Shown one piece after another: positions 58,886 to 64,000 of a DNA stretch of 64,000 nucleotides. How positions within the stretch are numbered: position 1 is the first letter of the stretch; each line of letters opens with the position of its first letter. The stretch comes from Myxococcota bacterium (lineage in GTDB: Bacteria > Myxococcota_A > SURF-8): contig CAXXQS010000001.1 of the NCBI GenBank assembly GCA_963674735.2, forward strand, positions 896,001-960,000. Reading direction: 5' to 3'. Made by a program: the position numbers and the translations under genes. Under the pieces are notes generated by a model. The model made no database searches and was not told the DNA's origin. It worked only from the letters and a program-made list of their open reading frames with translations.

Positions 58886-59160
58886 GGACTTCTCTCCTTA
58901 TTCCGACGTTCGAAGATATTCCTAGCGGGTAACATTCATGTAAAGCGTGCTCACACGTTTTGGAAGGATTTTGCTTGTTACTCTCCATAATCGCGATTTA
59001 GCCTACTTTAGCGTCAATCGCCTGTCAAGTGGAATAGACGGTTCTCTCTTCGTAATAGATGGCAAGGTATTATCAACCTGGAACGGCGTGCAGGATTGCC
59101 TTTACAGCCGCTCTGTTCTCGGCTAGAAACAGAAGAACGGATTATGAGTGAGGAAGTGGC

Positions 59161-60546
59161 ATGGTGGCGGATTTGTTCGATCGGAATCTGGAAGATGACA
59201 AAGGGCGCGATGCGCCGTTGGCGGCACGCATGCGACCTCGACGGCTCGAAGATTTCATGGGGCAACAACATCTGGTGGGGGGAAGGGCGTTTTCTACGGC
59301 AGCTCATCGCGCGTGACCATGTGCCATCCATGATTCTATGGGGACCGCCAGGGACGGGTAAAACCACTCTTGCCGCCATCATTGCCAAATCCACACGCTC
59401 GCGTTTCGTTTTTTACAGTGCCGTACTTGGTTCGGTGAAAGAAATTCGGGTTATTATCGAGCGGGCGCGCGAGGAAAAAAAATTCTATCGACGTCGCAGC
59501 ATCCTGTTTGTCGATGAAATCCACCGCTTCAACAAGGGCGCAGCAGGACGCCTTTCTGCCACATGTTGAGAAAGGGTTGATAACTCTGATCGGAGCGACC
59601 ACCGAAAACCCCAGTTTCGAGGTTAATGCTGCGTTGTTGTCCCGCTGCAAGGTCTTGACTCTCAAAGCTTTATCGCCTGATGACATCCGAGAGATCGTCA
59701 AACGAGCGCTTACCGATGAGACCAACGGACTCGGAGCGCGTGGAGTTGCAATATCTGAGAATGCTTTGACAATTCTGGCGGAAAGCAGCTACGGAGACGC
59801 GCGACGATCACTGAGCACGCTGGAGGCGGCGGTTGATCTGGCCGAGGAAGCCGGGTTGAGAGAAATAACGGCTGAGATCGTCTCCGAGGCGCAGCAGAAG
59901 AAACAATTGCTCTACGACAAAGCCGGGGAAGAACACTACAACGTCATTTCCCGCTTTTATCAAGAGTTTACGAGGGGTCCGACCCCGACGCGGCCGTTTA
60001 TTGGATGGCGCGCATGCTGGAGTCGGGAGAAGATCCGATGTTTATCTTACGGCGAATGGTGATCTTTGCTTCGGAAGACATCGGGTCAGCCGACTCAGGG
60101 GGCCCTTGCGAGTGGCGTTGAATGCCATGGAATCATTTCGGTTTATCGGTCTTCCGGAAGGTGTTGTTGCCGATGACACAGGCCGCGACTTATTTGGCCT
60201 GTGCTCCGAAGTCGAACAGTGCCTTGAAAGCTTATTTTGCCGCATTGAAAGACGTCAAACACGCACGGTCCACTGGGTGTTCCTTTGCATTTGCGTAACG
60301 CCCCGACATCGCTTATGAAACAGCTCGGTTATGGGGCATCATACAAATACCCCGCACAGCTATAACGACCACCATGTGAAAGAATGCTATCTGCCGGATG
60401 AATTGGCTAATCGGCGATACTATGAACCGTCGGGTCAGGGGGAAGAAGCCGCCATTTCCCAGCGCCTTGCCCGTTGGCGCAAGAAAACAGAAGAAAATGT
60501 GGCTGAATTGGAAGAAACGAAATCAAAAAAAGTTGGAAAATCATGA
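59161..60546 (+). CDS. rarA: Replication-associated recombination protein RarA/MgsA (several apparent indels)
   Basis: [48 protein letters not shown] and YLP motifs are spread over successive frames. Confidence 0.9.
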
Positions 60547-60721
60547 AATTCCACTCAACTGCGTTGTGCCTATTACCGATTATGTAAAGAATGGAGCACT
60601 TTATCCGAGGCGTTGTTATCCATCATCAGTTTTAAGATTTAGAAAAGATCAATGAGGTTGGCTTATGGGGTTGGTTCGGTCGAAACTTTTCCACGCATAT
60701 CATCTGAGTTTACAGACGACA

Positions 60722-61000
60722 ATGGATGTCGACAAGATCATTCGAAAAGTCCGAGACGCAATGAAGCCTCGGGATGCCATCGAGACTCGTCGTCTGTTGC
60801 TGGCGCTTTCCGCGCATCTTTCGATTGCTCTCAAAAACCTCGACCAAAGTGAAGGTGAGTTGACGAGTCATAAAGATGCTTTGGAAACCGTCGAAAAACT
60901 GAGCAAGCGCTTGGAAAAAATGATCAATCTTCCGAATGCCGACCAAGCACGTTTGCGTGTTGTGGTCGATCGCCTTGGTGAGATTAAAAAGGCACTATAA
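60722..61000 (+). CDS. Small helical hypothetical protein
   Basis: Amphipathic 92-aa ORF; start uncertain. Confidence 0.5.
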   Translation: MDVDKIIRKVRDAMKPRDAIETRRLLLALSAHLSIALKNLDQSEGELTSHKDALETVEKLSKRLEKMINLPNADQARLRVVVDRLGEIKKAL

Positions 61001-61296
61001 TTACACGTGTTCTCCCGTTTTTTTTTGTGATCGGTTTGAGAGAGCTATCCGACTGACAAATTGTCACGAATATCGGCAAAATCCGCTAAAAATGACATTC
61101 TGTCCGTGAATGTAGAGGGGGCCACGCGAATGAATCGGCATTATTCGAGACCGTCCGATTTTGTGCAGAGATATATGCTGTAAATACATATACATAGCTG
61201 AACATCGATTTTTATTGAATCCTGGCATTTCTCTTGCTAGCTTCTCCTGCGACGACGTTTGCTCTTCGACCTGTGCGGCTCCCATGGAGGTGTTGG

Positions 61297-62820
61297 ATGA
61301 TATGCGGATCTGAAACGCTTGGACGCTTGATTTGGCTGATTTCGGCTTTCATGTTGTTGGCTCCGATATCGGCTTTCGGCGGCGTAAGTTTGACTGTCAC
61401 TGAGGTGCAGGTCGATAGCGATGACGTTTCCGACCTGGACAAAATCTATGCCGCTGAAGATGCCTTGATTAAAATCACGATGTCTGTTACCGCTGACAGC
61501 GATAGCGATGTTACGGGCTGGTCGATGCGTATCGGTGATGCAAGTACCGGTTTTTTGTATGATCAGGGAGACTTTTCCGGATCGACCGCGACTTTGTCCT
61601 TTACAACAGCCAACCTTATTTCGGCGAGTTCCACTGCAGCAAATGGTCTTTCGGGTGGCGATCCAGTGTATTCCTACGAGGTCTCTTTGAAGGCGGATTA
61701 TTCCACCGGGACCACGACGACGGATGAAGATGGCGATAGCGACACGGATACCGCAACCACCTCGGATGGCGATATCGAGGTCAATGATTCCCCCGACTAC
61801 TCGCTGACCATTCATATTGACGAAGATCCTCCGGGGAAGGTCGAGTTGACGGATGCTGAACCTGGAGAGGAGAGTTTGACGGTTTCCTGGAAGACGACGT
61901 TAACCTCTGAGGCAGGCAATACCGAGCCCGGTTTTTCCGTCAAATTCTGTGTGCGAGCGATCGGCGAAACTGATGATACGGAAGATGGCGACGTCGGCGA
62001 TGTCGATGGCGATGTCGATGCGGTAGCGGCGACGGCGATTGAAAGTGAACCTGAACGGAACGTGGATTTGGGTTCGTTTTCGTTGTCTTTGTCCAATGGG
62101 GACGACGATTTCGCCTTTTCCGAGGACGAAACCGATACGGATGGCGATTTAGATTCAGATCCGGTTGATGGTGATGATCCGGTCGATGGCGACGATCCGA
62201 TTGAGCCGGTCGATGGAGATCTAGCCGTGGTCGACGGAGACAAGTTGGAAGGGGCCGGAGATCCGGAAGGTTGTATCAGTCCCTATCCCACTAGTAGCGA
62301 TGGTTCGGGCGGATCTTACAGAATTTCCGGCTTGTCCAATGGGGTGACTTATGAAATCCTTGGATTGGCGGTTGATTTGGCCGGAAACGAAAGCAATTAT
62401 TGGTCGGATGCGATTGTCGGTTCTCCCCAGGAAGTAGACGATTTCTGGGAACTTTACAAGAAGGCGGGGGGCAACGAGGACGGAGGATTCTGCTTCATTG
62501 CCACAGCCGCCTACGGTTCCTATGATGCCCCGGAAGTTCGGACTTTCAGACTCTTTCGTGATCGTGTTCTGGCTCAAAGCGACTTGGGGCGCAGTTTGAT
62601 TGATTTGTACTATCAGGTTAGTCCTCCGGCAGCGCGTGTGGTGCAATCTCATCCAACTTTGGGTCGCATGACTCGCTCGGCGCTGTTTCCGTTGTGGTTG
62701 ATGTTGCATCTCATTCTGGAGTGGTCGCTTATGGCCCAGATCATCTTGCTTCTTACGGCCAGTATGGTCATGTGGGGACTACACCGATTTGTTTTGACCG
62801 GAAAGGGGGTACGGGTATGA
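61297..62820 (+). CDS. Surface protein with an FN3-like region and CFI-box-CTERM
   Basis: GLSNGVTY...AVDLAGNES, DFWELYK.AGG, GFCFIATAAYGS...R.FRD and YY..SPP, then a C-terminal TM helix. Confidence 0.85.
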   Translation: MICGSETLGRLIWLISAFMLLAPISAFGGVSLTVTEVQVDSDDVSDLDKIYAAEDALIKITMSVTADSDSDVTGWSMRIGDASTGFLYDQGDFSGSTATLSFTTANLISASSTAANGLSGGDPVYSYEVSLKADYSTGTTTTDEDGDSDTDTATTSDGDIEVNDSPDYSLTIHIDEDPPGKVELTDAEPGEESLTVSWKTTLTSEAGNTEPGFSVKFCVRAIGETDDTEDGDVGDVDGDVDAVAATAIESEPERNVDLGSFSLSLSNGDDDFAFSEDETDTDGDLDSDPVDGDDPVDGDDPIEPVDGDLAVVDGDKLEGAGDPEGCISPYPTSSDGSGGSYRISGLSNGVTYEILGLAVDLAGNESNYWSDAIVGSPQEVDDFWELYKKAGGNEDGGFCFIATAAYGSYDAPEVRTFRLFRDRVLAQSDLGRSLIDLYYQVSPPAARVVQSHPTLGRMTRSALFPLWLMLHLILEWSLMAQIILLLTASMVMWGLHRFVLTGKGVRV

Positions 62821-63827
62821 AATGCCTCGTACTGAAACCCGCTGTCGCTTTGATGGCGTTTATCGCCCTGTTGTTGACTCCACTTTTTGCGGGATTGGCC
62901 AATTTACAAGCCCAGGAAGAAAATCCGACAGAAGTGGAATCCCTTGATGATCCCCCGTTGGCCGAGACTTCCGTGGCGGATGAGTCCGATCTCGTTGAAA
63001 ACGAATCCGATCGAGATTGGGCTGAAGAAGAGACGGATGGCGACGATGCCGCCGCAGCCGCGGCTGGGTATGTTTCGCCGGTGCGGACAACAAATCCGCG
63101 TGACGAAGTCACGGAGGAACGACCGATTGAAGAGATTGTCCATGGGGAAGGCGGGTACGAACATGATATGGCGCTGAGCCCCAAGAACTGGACGTTTCAT
63201 GCCGGGTTTGGCGCGTACAAACTTCGCTATATCGATGATGAATTTGATACCTCTTCGCCGAGCAAGGATATCTTCGGTGACAAACTGAATTTTACCTTCC
63301 AGCTTGGTCTTGAGCGCTTTCTTTGGCAAGGTTTCGGTACGGTTGGTATCGAGGCTGCATTCGGCTATTTTCAGGCCAAAGGAAAGGGCCTGTTCCCCGA
63401 TGGAACAAAATCGTCCGACACCACCAAGTTCAATATGATGCCATTCAAGCTTTCGGGAGTTTACCGTTTCTCGAATGTTTGGGAAGATTACGGCGTTCCG
63501 TTGGTTCCTTACGCGAAGCTTGGACTGGACTATCACATCTGGTGGATCACCGACCAGGGTGGCAGTGTTTCGAGCTACGAAAAAGCGGGAGGCGGTGAGG
63601 CTAAAGGATACGGAGGAACCTTCGGCTTCCATGTCAGTTACGGACTGCAGTTTTGCCTTGATATCATCGATCGAAGATTGGCCAACGAATTCGATCATGA
63701 TGTCGGTGTGAATAATACGTATCTGTATGCCGAGGGAACTTTCGCGAAAATCAACGATTTCTGGATCGGCGATTCGTTCGATCTTTCCGACCATCATTTT
63801 TTGGTTGGTCTGCTGTTTGAATTCTAA
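62817..63827 (+). CDS. MXAN_2562-like outer membrane beta-barrel protein
   Basis: Signal peptide, PLVPYAKLGL, G.NNTYL..E and a terminal LLFEF; overlaps the upstream gene. Confidence 0.8.
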   Translation: MKCLVLKPAVALMAFIALLLTPLFAGLANLQAQEENPTEVESLDDPPLAETSVADESDLVENESDRDWAEEETDGDDAAAAAAGYVSPVRTTNPRDEVTEERPIEEIVHGEGGYEHDMALSPKNWTFHAGFGAYKLRYIDDEFDTSSPSKDIFGDKLNFTFQLGLERFLWQGFGTVGIEAAFGYFQAKGKGLFPDGTKSSDTTKFNMMPFKLSGVYRFSNVWEDYGVPLVPYAKLGLDYHIWWITDQGGSVSSYEKAGGGEAKGYGGTFGFHVSYGLQFCLDIIDRRLANEFDHDVGVNNTYLYAEGTFAKINDFWIGDSFDLSDHHFLVGLLFEF

Positions 63828-64000
63828 GAATCATCGTTTTCTCATACGGTAAGCAAGAATCCGTCCGGGGACTCTCTTCCGGACGCCTTTGGCCTCATCG
63901 TATCGCCTGAAGGCAACTTGCCGACGGATTGGTCGCTGATTCTGCACGTATCACTCGAAGACAAACCCCGACATCCCCAAACGCAATGGCTTGAACCTAG

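Noticed and set aside
59161-60546. rarA as a pseudogene or programmed frameshift
   Set aside because: The breaks I traced are extra bases in short G/C runs (for example 59277-59282 and about 59536), with all motifs intact. This fits sequencing error; read polishing would confirm.

Overview
This is a bacterial chromosome window, probably from a Myxococcota/deltaproteobacterial lineage (MYXO-CTERM-like and CFI-box-CTERM tails, an MXAN_2562-like barrel, DGD-rich lipoproteins). Positions 1 to ~48.5 kb look like a mosaic genomic island abutting the 3' end of tRNA-Pro(CGG) and running off the left edge through a large serine recombinase. The island carries five blocks. (1) A defence cluster: type IIG R-M, TPR-HEPN and McrBC. 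(2) A graspetide precursor, ATP-grasp ligase and 3TM protein operon. (3) A complete prokaryotic ubiquitin-like set (Ubl with GG plus a tail, E2-like protein with Cys4 repeats, JAMM protease, E1) whose E1 sits ~19 kb away across cargo bounded by relic gene starts. (4) Glycan and acyl catabolic cargo. (5) A family A DNA polymerase module with no primase or helicase in view. From 48.6 to 64 kb is core-like: secreted peptidases, an NLR-like TPR NTPase with 138-bp repeats, a DnaA-box cluster, rarA and a surface protein/barrel pair. The frameshifts at 56-60.4 kb look like homopolymer sequencing errors. All family calls come from motif recognition by eye, not database searches.
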